This document shows positions 29,065-37,648 of a stretch of DNA of 50,902 nucleotides, piece after piece (the first letter of the stretch is position 1; the number at the start of each line of letters is the position of its first letter). The notes under the pieces were generated by a model. The model searched no databases and was not told the DNA's origin. It saw nothing but the letters and a program-made list of their open reading frames with translations. A program made the position numbers and the translations under genes. This stretch comes from a bacterium (GTDB taxonomy: Bacteria; CG03), in NCBI GenBank assembly GCA_013791675.1, contig VMTI01000239.1:1-50902 (forward strand). Direction: 5' to 3'.

Positions 29065-30378
29065 ATGAAATTCAAAGATTTTGATTTGGATCCCCGTCTT
29101 AATGAGGGGATCAAGCGCTCCGGTTATGATGAGCCGACGCCCGTTCAGGAGAAAGTCATCATTCCGGCGATGGAGGGGCGCGACATCATAGGCAGCGCCC
29201 AGACGGGCACGGGAAAGACCGCGGCCTTCGTCCTGCCCATTCTGCACAGGCTTCTGAAGGAACAGCGCTCTTATGTGAGCGTCCTCATCGTCACCCCTAC
29301 GAGGGAGCTGGCGGAACAGATAAACGAGAACATTGACATCCTCAAATCCGGCACGGGAATACGCAGCGCCACCATTTACGGCGGCGTGGGAGCCAATCCC
29401 CAGATAAGAGCCCTGCGGGAGGGCGTGGACATAATCGTGGCCTGCCCGGGAAGGCTGCTGGACCTGATAAACCAGGGCTATGTGAAACTGGACAAGGTGG
29501 AGACGCTGGTGCTGGATGAGGCGGACCGCATGCTGGACATGGGCTTTCTCCCCGATATAAAACGCATAATCACATATCTGCCGGTGAAGAGGCAGACGAT
29601 GCTCTTCTCGGCGACATTCGCCCCGGAAATAGAAGCCCTCGCGAAAAATGTCCTTCACAATCCCAAGCGCATAGCCCTGGGCCTCAGCGGCCCGGCTCAC
29701 ACCGTCTCTCACGCCTTATATCCCGTGCCCCAGCATCTGAAAGGGGCCTTGTTATTGAAAGTGCTGGAGCACACGGACACGAATTCCGTCCTCATATTCA
29801 CGCGCACGAAATACCGCGCTAAAAGCCTGGCCAGGAAGATAGAAAGTAATAAGTATACCGTCACCAGCCTCCACAGCAACAGGACTCAGGGACAGAGGCA
29901 GGCGGCGCTCAAAGGCTTTAAGGACGGGACATATCATATAATGGTCGCCACTGATATCGCGGCCAGAGGGCTGGATGTGGAGAACATCTCCCATGTGATT
30001 AATTTTGATATGCCCGGCACCGCCGATGATTATATTCACCGCATAGGGCGCACGGGCAGGGCGGAACGCTCGGGCGACGCCTTCACCTTCATCACGGCCG
30101 ACGACGAGGACCTGATACGGAAACTGGAAAAGATAATGGGGAAGAGGATCCCGCGTAAAACAATGGACGATCTGGATTATAACGCCCCCAAACCCAAACA
30201 CACGGCGCCGCCAAGAAGCCCCGGCCGTTCTCCCCGCCGCTTCGGAAGCCCCAGGCCTTCAGGCGACAGAAAGCCCTCCGGCGACAGAAAATCCTCCGGC
30301 GACAGAAAATCCTCCGGCGACAGGAAGCCCTCCGGCGACAGGAAATCCTCCGCTCCCAAGCGTCATTATCGCCGTTAA
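29065..30378 (+). CDS. rhlE: DEAD-box ATP-dependent RNA helicase with a repetitive basic C-terminal tail
   Basis: Q motif GYDEPTPVQ, then AQTGTGKT, PTRELA, DEAD, SAT and HRIGRTGR. ATG 29065 has an AAGGAAA RBS (the ORF track starts at TTG 29035). Confidence 0.9.
   Translation: MKFKDFDLDPRLNEGIKRSGYDEPTPVQEKVIIPAMEGRDIIGSAQTGTGKTAAFVLPILHRLLKEQRSYVSVLIVTPTRELAEQINENIDILKSGTGIRSATIYGGVGANPQIRALREGVDIIVACPGRLLDLINQGYVKLDKVETLVLDEADRMLDMGFLPDIKRIITYLPVKRQTMLFSATFAPEIEALAKNVLHNPKRIALGLSGPAHTVSHALYPVPQHLKGALLLKVLEHTDTNSVLIFTRTKYRAKSLARKIESNKYTVTSLHSNRTQGQRQAALKGFKDGTYHIMVATDIAARGLDVENISHVINFDMPGTADDYIHRIGRTGRAERSGDAFTFITADDEDLIRKLEKIMGKRIPRKTMDDLDYNAPKPKHTAPPRSPGRSPRRFGSPRPSGDRKPSGDRKSSGDRKSSGDRKPSGDRKSSAPKRHYRR
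30262..30351 (+). repeat. 5 x 18-bp in-frame tandem repeat (ggcgacagRaaRYcctcc) encoding (GDRK[PS]S)5
   Basis: Units at 30262, 30280, 30298, 30316 and 30334, read directly from the sequence. Confidence 0.95.
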
Positions 30379-30424
30379 GCCCGCCTCGCCGCTACCGAAC
30401 TGAAAAATCTTAAAACCGGCAGCC

Positions 30425-30453
30425 TTGAAAAAAAACTGTTCCTCAAGTACAAT
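30425..30453 (+). promoter_or_regulatory. sigma70-type promoter
   Basis: TTGAAA, 17-nt spacer, TACAAT, upstream of the small-ORF + NTase pair. Confidence 0.5.
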
Positions 30454-30535
30454 TGAAATGGAAGTAAAGCTCGATCAGCAGGATTTAGCGCATTTTGGAA
30501 ACGATGGAAAAGGAAAAAAACGGTAGCAAGGAATT

Positions 30536-30676
30536 ATGAAGAAAGCCAAAGTGAAAGCAAACATCGTAAAAACGCCCCAGGGCAAAACTCCTGTCCAGTT
30601 ACTTACCCTCAGCTATAAACGGGCAAGGGCTATCCGGCATCTTCAAAAGATCAATAAGGCAATTCCAAAACAATGA
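30536..30676 (+). CDS. small basic ORF (46 aa), possible partner of the downstream nucleotidyltransferase-like gene
   Basis: Not in the ORF track (too short). Sequence MKKAKVKANIVKTPQGKTPVQLLTLSYKRARAIRHLQKINKAIPKQ. AAGGA RBS. ATGA stop/start overlap with the 30673 ORF. Confidence 0.4.
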   Translation: MKKAKVKANIVKTPQGKTPVQLLTLSYKRARAIRHLQKINKAIPKQ

Positions 30677-31239
30677 GGCCCATAGCAGAGATACAAAAGT
30701 TAAAACAGGTCATACGTAACCTTGGCGAAATAGATTATGTGCCGGTTCTCATAGGGGGAAAAGCATTGGCGCTTTTCGGATCGCCCCGGCTGACTTTTGA
30801 TACCGATATTGTCATTCCCTCAATTAAAGACTTGGCAGCGGCCAAGCTATTAACTAATGCTATGCGCAAAGCTGATTTTTATTATGTGAATAAATTAGAT
30901 GATGAAGGAAATCCGATAGGCTGGATCGATGCGCCGAATGCTGCTGCGTCAAGGATAATGATTGATAAGCCGAAAACTATATTTTTTTGGAATCCGGACT
31001 TAGAAATGAAGATAGATATCCTTTTAGATTTTCCGTTAAAAACATCAGAGCTGCTGGCGACCGCCGAGGATAAAATGCTTGATAAAACAACGATTATAAA
31101 GGTAGCGTCGTTAAAGAACCTCAAAAAGATGAAAGAGATCGCCTTTAAGGATCGTAAGAAATCTACTGATGCTCAGGACTTGGAGTTTATAGCAAGGATT
31201 ATGAGATCAAAGCGAAAGAACAAAAGCAAAGAGCTATGA
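30673..31239 (+). CDS. nucleotidyltransferase-fold protein (minimal NTase, toxin/antitoxin-like)
   Basis: The segment VPVLIGGKALALFGSPRLTFDTDIVIP is a GG...G.x.R.T.DxD NTase-like motif. Confidence 0.5.
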   Translation: MRPIAEIQKLKQVIRNLGEIDYVPVLIGGKALALFGSPRLTFDTDIVIPSIKDLAAAKLLTNAMRKADFYYVNKLDDEGNPIGWIDAPNAAASRIMIDKPKTIFFWNPDLEMKIDILLDFPLKTSELLATAEDKMLDKTTIIKVASLKNLKKMKEIAFKDRKKSTDAQDLEFIARIMRSKRKNKSKEL

Positions 31240-31291
31240 GATCCTTTTTGCCGATAATGTACAACATTATTGAAGAGGAGTATCATCCCCA

Positions 31292-31900
31292 GTGCTGATC
31301 GAATATTTTAAAAAATATTACAGCAGCGACAGCAGGACCGGCGCTTATCAAATCGAGATATCTTTAGATAAGTACACGGATGTTTTTAATGAATGGGACC
31401 CGGCGCCTTTTAAAAAAAGGGACATCGACCCCGCTTTCGAGGACTATCTGAAAGGATGTTCTTCCGATATCCCTCTGAAATATAAGATCGAACTATTTTT
31501 ATGCCTGCCTGAGGATCAGTATGATATTCAGAAAGAAGGCATAATAAAGGAAGGTATCAAAACCTACTTTCAGTCAAAAACCGAAATTATTAAAAAAACC
31601 ATCCAAGTCATGAACAAAAACACAGGAATATATGCTCTGGTTTCAGTTGTTTTTCTTATACTGGCGTTATCACTGGAAACTTCTTCAACCAGTAATGTTT
31701 TTATAAATCTATTGCTTCAGGGTTTGTTCATCGGCGGCTGGGTCTTTTTATGGGAAGCTTTAAATATATTTGTTTTTCATAAAAGTACAATAAAATATCA
31801 GTACAGAGTGTATGAAAGACTTTTGCGCTCGGATATAGAATTCAAATATATCAGCTTAGCTTGCCCCAGGCCGTTAGCCAACACCCCTGATCTGCTATAA
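31292..31900 (+). CDS. hypothetical membrane protein (soluble N-domain + 2 TM), paralogue 1
   Basis: GTG start. 202 aa. Differs from the 33348 copy at 7 residues, all between about aa 48 and 105. Confidence 0.6.
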   Translation: MLIEYFKKYYSSDSRTGAYQIEISLDKYTDVFNEWDPAPFKKRDIDPAFEDYLKGCSSDIPLKYKIELFLCLPEDQYDIQKEGIIKEGIKTYFQSKTEIIKKTIQVMNKNTGIYALVSVVFLILALSLETSSTSNVFINLLLQGLFIGGWVFLWEALNIFVFHKSTIKYQYRVYERLLRSDIEFKYISLACPRPLANTPDLL

Positions 31901-31979
31901 CAACTGCCGACACCCCGGACCTTTACTTTTGGGCTATACTTGTTAAAATTTACGAATGTAGCGATCAGGGAGGATATGA

Positions 31980-32171
31980 ATGAAAGCTAAAACTATTGCC
32001 GTGTTTGTTATGGCGGGGCTGGTATTGATTATTCTTCTGCAGAATACGAAGGTCATTTCTGTGCGGTTCTTCTTCTGGGAATTGAGCATGTCGCAGGTTA
32101 TTTTATTGCCTTTGATCATGTTAGCCGGCTTTCTCGCGGGTTATTTTGTCGCCCGCCTCCGCCGGAATTAA
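31980..32171 (+). CDS. small 2-TM protein, LapA/DUF1049-like, paralogue 1
   Basis: 63 aa with two hydrophobic helices and a basic C-terminus. GGGAGGA RBS. Confidence 0.55.
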   Translation: MKAKTIAVFVMAGLVLIILLQNTKVISVRFFFWELSMSQVILLPLIMLAGFLAGYFVARLRRN

Positions 32172-32234
32172 GGCCAGGATATTGCTAAAAGCCAGGGAAC
32201 TGAACAGAGAAATGTTTGATAAATTTATAAGCAA

Positions 32235-32546
32235 ATGAGAAAAAATCAGCGCAATCCACAAAAAAATAATTCTATGAAAGAATATACGGAACCTATTCTA
32301 GTCATAGATGAGACGATAGATCTTCATAGAACATCCTCGTGGCTCATTGAAAACAAAATAGAGGCTTTTCTGGATGCCGCGGTAGTCAAACACAGGAAAA
32401 GATTGCTGATCATCCATGGTATTGGCAGAGGTGTATTACGGCAGATCACCTGGGACTATCTTTCAACAAGCCCTTATAAATCCAGATATTATTATGCCAC
32501 GCGTTCCTATGGCGGCTACGGCGCAACCGTCGTCGAGTTGTTATAG
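32235..32546 (+). CDS. Smr (small MutS-related) domain protein
   Basis: IDLHR...LLIIHGIGRGVLRQ is the Smr domain signature (HG.G.G.L). Confidence 0.7.
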   Translation: MRKNQRNPQKNNSMKEYTEPILVIDETIDLHRTSSWLIENKIEAFLDAAVVKHRKRLLIIHGIGRGVLRQITWDYLSTSPYKSRYYYATRSYGGYGATVVELL

Positions 32547-32554
32547 GTAATGGC

Positions 32555-32580
32555 GGGGCAATCCCCGTGCCCCTTTTTTT
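32555..32580. terminator. intrinsic terminator between the convergent smr and tpx genes
   Basis: ggggca - atccccg - tgcccc, followed by TTTTTTT. Confidence 0.65.
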
Positions 32581-32611
32581 ACAAGAGCTTCTTTCATAAA
32601 ATCAGAAGTAT

Positions 32612-33127
32612 TCACACCATCGCCCTTAATTTAGATAATGCCGCATCGTAATTAGGCGCATGAGTTATATCGTCAACATATTCTACATATTGTACTGTCT
32701 GCTCTTTGTCTATTATAAATATAGCCCGGGCCAGCAGACGGTGTTCTTTGATCAAAACTCCGTACTTCAGTCCGAAATCTATATCTTTATGGTCGGAATA
32801 TGTTTTCACTTTTTTTATACTGTTGACCTTGTTGAAACGTGCTTGCGCAAAGGGAAGGTCCATACTGATAAATATGATAATTACATCCTTTGATAAAGCA
32901 GCGGCTTCGTCATTGAATCTTTTTATCTCAAGTTCGCATATCGGAGTATCAAGGGAGGGAACCGAGGCTATAACTTTTATTTTCTTGTCAAACTTAGAAG
33001 AATCCACAATATTCAATTTGTCGTCAAGCACATTAAATTTCTCGCTTTTACTGCCCACCGTGATTTGATTGCCTACAAGCGTAATGGATTGACCATTCAT
33101 AGTAACAATATTTTTTGTTTCTTTCAT
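32612..33127 (-). CDS. tpx: thiol peroxidase (atypical 2-Cys peroxiredoxin Tpx)
   Basis: 171 aa. SVPSLDTPICE peroxidatic Cys motif and a second Cys-region layout typical of Tpx. Confidence 0.88.
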   Translation of the reverse strand: MKETKNIVTMNGQSITLVGNQITVGSKSEKFNVLDDKLNIVDSSKFDKKIKVIASVPSLDTPICELEIKRFNDEAAALSKDVIIIFISMDLPFAQARFNKVNSIKKVKTYSDHKDIDFGLKYGVLIKEHRLLARAIFIIDKEQTVQYVEYVDDITHAPNYDAALSKLRAMV

Positions 33128-33347
33128 AAAAACTCCTTTTTCTCTTTATCCTGCTTTTTTGATCGCCATCCATTGTAATAAATACAGGAGTTTCTGTCAC
33201 AAAGAGGGAACAGGGACGGTTCTGCCCGCAGTCTCCAAAATTTAAGGCTCTCCGCAGCCTTTGTCTGCGGCGGCTTTTCCTTTTCAGGCAAAAACTATTA
33301 TAATGTAGTCCAATGTACAATATTATTGAAGGGGAGTATCATTCCCA

Positions 33348-33956
33348 GTGCTGATCGAATATTTTAAAAAATACTACAGCAGCGACAGCAGGACCGGCGC
33401 TTATCAAATCGAGATATCTTTAGATAAGTACACGGATGTTTTTAATGAATGGGACCCGGCGCCTTTTAAAAAAAGGGACATCGACCCCGATTTCGAGGAA
33501 TATCTGAAAGGGTGTTCTTCCGATATCCCTCTGAAATATAAGATCGAACTATTTTTATGCCTGCCTGAGGATCAGCATGATCTTCAGAAAGAAAGCATAA
33601 TAAAGGAAGGTATCAAAACCTACTTTCAGTCAAAAATCGAAATCATTAAAAAAACCATCCAATTCATGAACAAAAACACAGGGATATATGCTCTGGTTTC
33701 AGTTGTTTTTCTTATACTGGCGTTATCACTGGAAACTTCTTCAACCAGTAATGTTTTTATAAATCTATTACTTCAGGGTTTGTTCATCGGCGGCTGGGTC
33801 TTTTTATGGGAAGCTTTAAATATATTTGTTTTTCATAAAAGTACAATAAAATATCAGTACAGAGTGTACGAAAGACTTTTGCGCTCGGATATAGAATTCA
33901 AATATATCAGCTTAGCTTGCCCCAGGCCGTTAGCCAACACCCCTGATCTGCTATAA
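33348..33956 (+). CDS. hypothetical membrane protein, paralogue 2
   Basis: 202 aa. The C-terminal 97 aa are identical to paralogue 1. Confidence 0.6.
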   Translation: MLIEYFKKYYSSDSRTGAYQIEISLDKYTDVFNEWDPAPFKKRDIDPDFEEYLKGCSSDIPLKYKIELFLCLPEDQHDLQKESIIKEGIKTYFQSKIEIIKKTIQFMNKNTGIYALVSVVFLILALSLETSSTSNVFINLLLQGLFIGGWVFLWEALNIFVFHKSTIKYQYRVYERLLRSDIEFKYISLACPRPLANTPDLL

Positions 33957-34035
33957 CAACTGCCGGCACCCCGGACTTTTACTTTTAGGCCATACTTGTT
34001 AGAATTTACGGGTGTAGCGATAGGGGAGGATATGA

Positions 34036-34227
34036 ATGAAAGCTAAAACTATTGCCGTGTTTGTTCTGGCGGGGCTGGTATTGATTATTCTGCTGCAGAA
34101 TACGAAGGTCATTTCTTTGCGGTTCTTCTTCTGGGAATTGAGCATGTCGCAGGTTATTTTATTGCCTTTGATCATGTTGGCCGGCTTTCTCGCGGGTTAT
34201 TTTGTCGCCCGCCTCCGCCGGAATTAA
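34036..34227 (+). CDS. small 2-TM LapA/DUF1049-like protein, paralogue 2
   Basis: 63 aa with 2 substitutions versus the 31980 copy. Confidence 0.55.
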   Translation: MKAKTIAVFVLAGLVLIILLQNTKVISLRFFFWELSMSQVILLPLIMLAGFLAGYFVARLRRN

Positions 34228-34507
34228 GGCCGGGATAATTAAGAACTACGGGGAACAAGTCACGAAGATTCCGTCCTGATCAACGCTTGGCAGCAATTGG
34301 TCCATTCTTCATTGGCTATTTTTTGTGTTTTGTGGTAGCATAATAGAGCAAAGATATACTTACTTGATATGTTTTACTGAACATTGCGTTTTGCATACTT
34401 GTTTATTGTTGATTGAATAAAGTGTGTGGGAGGTTTAAGTCAATATGAACACAAATTCTCAAATCAGAACCTGCCCCGTTTTGCATGTGTTGGACCAGGA
34501 CATGGTG

Positions 34508-34536
34508 TTGATAAAAGATAGATAATGAATTAAAAT
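34508..34536 (+). promoter_or_regulatory. sigma70-type promoter, probably giving a leaderless mRNA
   Basis: TTGATA, 17-nt spacer, TAAAAT. The -10 ends only 6 nt before ATG 34543, and there is no RBS. Confidence 0.5.
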
Positions 34537-34542
34537 ATCACC

Positions 34543-35055
34543 ATGCAAGATAACCATGAAAAGCAGATACGTGTAACTCATTACGTTCTCTGGTTTTTAC
34601 TTAATATATTTCTTGGGATTATACCATTTGTAACACCTTTTTTTTCTCCATTAAGAGATGTGAACCAATTGTTTTCAAGTTTTATAGCTTATGCATTTAC
34701 TCTAATTATTATTAACGCTTATCTCTTCGATACATTCGTCAGAACATCCAACGAAATTGTTAAATTTGAAAGAATATGGTTTTGGTTTGCTGTTATCATT
34801 TCATTTATTCTGATTATTTTTTTTGTGTTGTTTAACGTTCTTATGCTTGTATGGAATTTCCCGCAGGCACTGGTGTTATGGGCGTCTTTCTTTCTATTTG
34901 TGTTTACGATTGGATATACATTTCTTTTAAATAAGCCATTGATTCAAAGGGATATAAAAAATGAAATTAATAAATCCATAATAAAGGAAGTTGAAGATAT
35001 AAACAATAACATGTCTGCAATGAAGAAAAAAATAATGGAAAAAGGAACTTGGTAA
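34543..35055 (+). CDS. hypothetical 4-TM membrane protein with a charged C-terminal tail
   Basis: 170 aa with four hydrophobic segments and a Lys/Glu/Asn-rich C-terminus. Lies 14 nt upstream of the DGQHR gene. Confidence 0.6.
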   Translation: MQDNHEKQIRVTHYVLWFLLNIFLGIIPFVTPFFSPLRDVNQLFSSFIAYAFTLIIINAYLFDTFVRTSNEIVKFERIWFWFAVIISFILIIFFVLFNVLMLVWNFPQALVLWASFFLFVFTIGYTFLLNKPLIQRDIKNEINKSIIKEVEDINNNMSAMKKKIMEKGTW

Positions 35056-35069
35056 ATATAGGTGATACA

Positions 35070-36425
35070 ATGATTGAAGAAATAATTAATAAAAATGGCA
35101 AAGAATATTTAAAAGTTGAATTAATACAAATAACTCAAAAAAATAAAAAATTTTATATATCAAAAATATCAGCAAAAAGATTTCTAAAGATATATACTGT
35201 CGAACCAGCCGAGTATGATATTGAAAGACAAGCAAATTTTGCATCTAGTTTTGAAGATGATAGAGAATATTATGAGCATTTAATGAATAATGACAAAGAA
35301 AGAATTAATAAAAAATCATTCCAAAGACCTTCAAATGATACAAGAGTTTCAGAAATCAAAAATTTTTTAAATACTAATGAAATAGGACTTTTTCCTAATT
35401 CAATAATAGTAACTTGTGATTTACTCAACGATAAAATAGGTGAATGTAATATTGCATTTAATGAAGTAGATTCTTTTGAAAACAGGCCAAAATCCGCATA
35501 CCTTGAGGAAATTGATAATAATATATTTTTATATATTCCATATCAAAAAGACTCGGTGCTAGTTATAGACGGGCAACATAGATTGTTAGGTCTAAAAGCT
35601 GCAAGCAAAGAGGTAACAGAAGATTATGAGCTGATTATTACTTTTATTATCGGTTTCGATAGATCAATAGTAGCGAATTTATTTTATACAATAAACTACA
35701 CACAAAAAAGTGTCAATAAATCAGTTTTATATCATCTAATGGGTGAGTTTTCAAGAGAAATAGACAAAATGGCATTTATGCACGGCACAATAAAAATATT
35801 GAACGAAATAGAAGAATCGGCCTTATACAAAAGAATAAAAATGTTAGGTAATGTGCCAAAATCTTTATCCAACGAAGTGCGAAAACAAATGACAATTTCG
35901 CAAGCATTTTTAATAGATTATTTAATTGGATACATATCAAAAGAAGCTAAAAACAGTATTCATCAACCTATTTTCTATTACTATTATAAAAGTGAGAATA
36001 TGAGAATAGAAATTATACAATTTTTATTGAAATATTTTGATAGCATAAGAGAGGCATTACCAGAACAATGGGATAATGTGGATGAATATATTTTAACAAA
36101 AACCGTAGGCCTTGGCGCATGTATAAAATTACTTCCGTTTTTGTATGTAAAAATGTTTATTGACGAATATCAGATGGATCCAAAAAAAATAGTACAAATC
36201 AATGTAAATACACTGAAGAATCATTTAAAAGGAATTGAAACTATCAATTTTTCAAAATCAGGCGAATATGGAAGTGTGGGAAGTGCCGGGAGTTTAAACA
36301 AGTTAAAAAAGCAACTTATTGAAAATATAGATTTCTTTCAGGCGGATAATTATGAGGATTTTTTGAGAGTATTTAAAGAGAACTATCTTAGTAAATACAA
36401 AAAGTGGCTAACTAAATATCTATAG
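35070..36425 (+). CDS. DGQHR-domain protein (DndB/DpdB-type ParB/Srx-fold)
   Basis: Literal VLVIDGQHRLLGLKAA motif plus the downstream FYTINYTQKSVNKS block. ATG 35070 preferred over TTG 35049. Confidence 0.8.
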   Translation: MIEEIINKNGKEYLKVELIQITQKNKKFYISKISAKRFLKIYTVEPAEYDIERQANFASSFEDDREYYEHLMNNDKERINKKSFQRPSNDTRVSEIKNFLNTNEIGLFPNSIIVTCDLLNDKIGECNIAFNEVDSFENRPKSAYLEEIDNNIFLYIPYQKDSVLVIDGQHRLLGLKAASKEVTEDYELIITFIIGFDRSIVANLFYTINYTQKSVNKSVLYHLMGEFSREIDKMAFMHGTIKILNEIEESALYKRIKMLGNVPKSLSNEVRKQMTISQAFLIDYLIGYISKEAKNSIHQPIFYYYYKSENMRIEIIQFLLKYFDSIREALPEQWDNVDEYILTKTVGLGACIKLLPFLYVKMFIDEYQMDPKKIVQINVNTLKNHLKGIETINFSKSGEYGSVGSAGSLNKLKKQLIENIDFFQADNYEDFLRVFKENYLSKYKKWLTKYL

Positions 36426-36624
36426 GAAAAATGGGAACGTATTGGATATTAACTGGCCGAGGGCAAATTTTAGATTTGTTATAGTCCTGTTTTTTTTAGT
36501 GGTCGAGATTTACAAAATAGAATTTCGACAACTAAGCAATATCTCAGTTTTTTTTATTGGAATGTAACTTATATATATTGTTGATCTTATTTCAAGAGGG
36601 TTGATTATCGAATGGAGAATTATT

Positions 36625-37014
36625 ATGGATGGTGTGAAACTAAATCAGAATGAAAAGCATGAATTGCTAAGATTAATTAACAGTTATGCTGACAAAGTAT
36701 CGGAAGATGATATAAAAGAAATAGAGAAAAAAATAAATCAAAAGATTAAAATAATAAAAAAGAACAAAAGATATCCATCGTATGTAAAGCAAATGATACG
36801 TCAGGTGAAATGCTTATATGCCTTATTAAAATCACCCGATATATCCAAAGAAAGATTAAATAGAGTCATATCTGCATTACATTATTTTGTTTTGGCAGAA
36901 GATATGATACCAGATTATATACAAGTTCGGGGTTATCTAGATGATGCATTTGTAATAGATGTTGTATACCAAGAAATGAAAAAAGATATAAGAGAATTAG
37001 AAGGATGTGATTAG
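36625..37014 (+). CDS. DUF1232 (YkvA-like) domain protein
   Basis: C-terminal LHYFVLAEDMIPDYIQVRGYLDDAFVIDVV matches the DUF1232 signature (D.IPD.iP..GY.DD). GGAG RBS 8 nt upstream of ATG 36625. Confidence 0.65.
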   Translation: MDGVKLNQNEKHELLRLINSYADKVSEDDIKEIEKKINQKIKIIKKNKRYPSYVKQMIRQVKCLYALLKSPDISKERLNRVISALHYFVLAEDMIPDYIQVRGYLDDAFVIDVVYQEMKKDIRELEGCD

Positions 37015-37039
37015 AAATTGATAACTTATAGGAGGGGAT

Positions 37040-37585
37040 ATGGAAATTAAATTGATATCTGTCGATGAAATTGAATTAGACAAAACCAATCCAAGGATTG
37101 CTAAATATCTTGAAATGTATGGGAAAGATATAACAGCAGAACAAATATCGCTAGCATTAGGTGTGGGAGATAGTCAGGTAGCTGAGAATGGAACCACATT
37201 TCAGTCATTAAAAGCATCAATAAAAACAAATGGTGGTATAATACATCCAATAATTGTCAATAAAAGATCAGATGGGATTTATAGAGTAGTTGAGGGTAAT
37301 ACAAGGTTAGCTATATATAAAGAATTTAGCAAAGATGAACGCACACATGGCACTTGGAATGAAATACTCACGGTAGTGCATGACGATTTATCTAATGAAC
37401 AAATTGATGCCATCAGACTTCAGGCACATTTAGTAGGACCCCGACCATGGGACCCTTATTCAAAGGCAAAGTACTTGGATTATCTCTATAACTCTGAAAA
37501 TTTACCAATGAGTCAAATAGTTGATTATTGCGGTGGTAGAAAAAATGAGGTGATATCTTATATTGAAGCCTATAAAATGATGTAA
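37040..37585 (+). CDS. ParB/Srx N-terminal-domain protein, N-terminal 181 codons (ends at an in-frame TAA)
   Basis: ELDKTNPR and VVEGNTRLAIYKE motifs. Paralogous to the 39943 ORF. GGAGGGG RBS. Confidence 0.75.
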   Translation: MEIKLISVDEIELDKTNPRIAKYLEMYGKDITAEQISLALGVGDSQVAENGTTFQSLKASIKTNGGIIHPIIVNKRSDGIYRVVEGNTRLAIYKEFSKDERTHGTWNEILTVVHDDLSNEQIDAIRLQAHLVGPRPWDPYSKAKYLDYLYNSENLPMSQIVDYCGGRKNEVISYIEAYKMM

Positions 37586-37648
37586 TCGCACTATCGGCCT
37601 CAATTATCAAGTGATGATGAATTTGATACAACAAGGTTTTCTGCTTTC

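Larger units (their letters stand above)
31256..32183 (+). repeat. copy 1 of the 0.93-kb direct duplication
   Basis: Near-identical to 33312-34240 (offset 2056 bp). Contains two ORFs. Confidence 0.95.
33312..34240 (+). repeat. copy 2 of the 0.93-kb direct duplication
   Basis: See 31256-32183. It ends right at the left edge of the AT-rich island. Confidence 0.95.

Noticed and set aside
29047-30201. 221-aa and 149-aa minus-strand ORFs antisense to the DEAD-box helicase
   Set aside because: The plus-strand gene carries every helicase motif. The antisense frames are Arg/His/Gly-rich shadow ORFs.
31256-34240. The duplication considered as a composite transposon or IS element
   Set aside because: No transposase, no terminal inverted repeats, and the repeats are direct copies of ordinary-looking genes.
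34445-34525. 26-codon ORF (MNTNSQIRTCPVLHVLDQDMVLIKDR) with a GGGAGG about 11 nt upstream, at the island's left edge
   Set aside because: Too short, with suboptimal RBS spacing and no way to test conservation here. Noted only as a possible leader peptide.
36540-36624. Promoter for the DUF1232-to-rSAM operon
   Set aside because: Several TATA-like hexamers are present, but none has an acceptable -35 at 16-18 nt spacing, so no promoter is called.
37583-37585. In-frame TAA considered as a reassigned sense codon (alternative genetic code)
   Set aside because: Neighbouring genes clearly terminate at TAA (for example 35053-35055 and 38462-38464), and every other ORF in the window behaves under the standard code.
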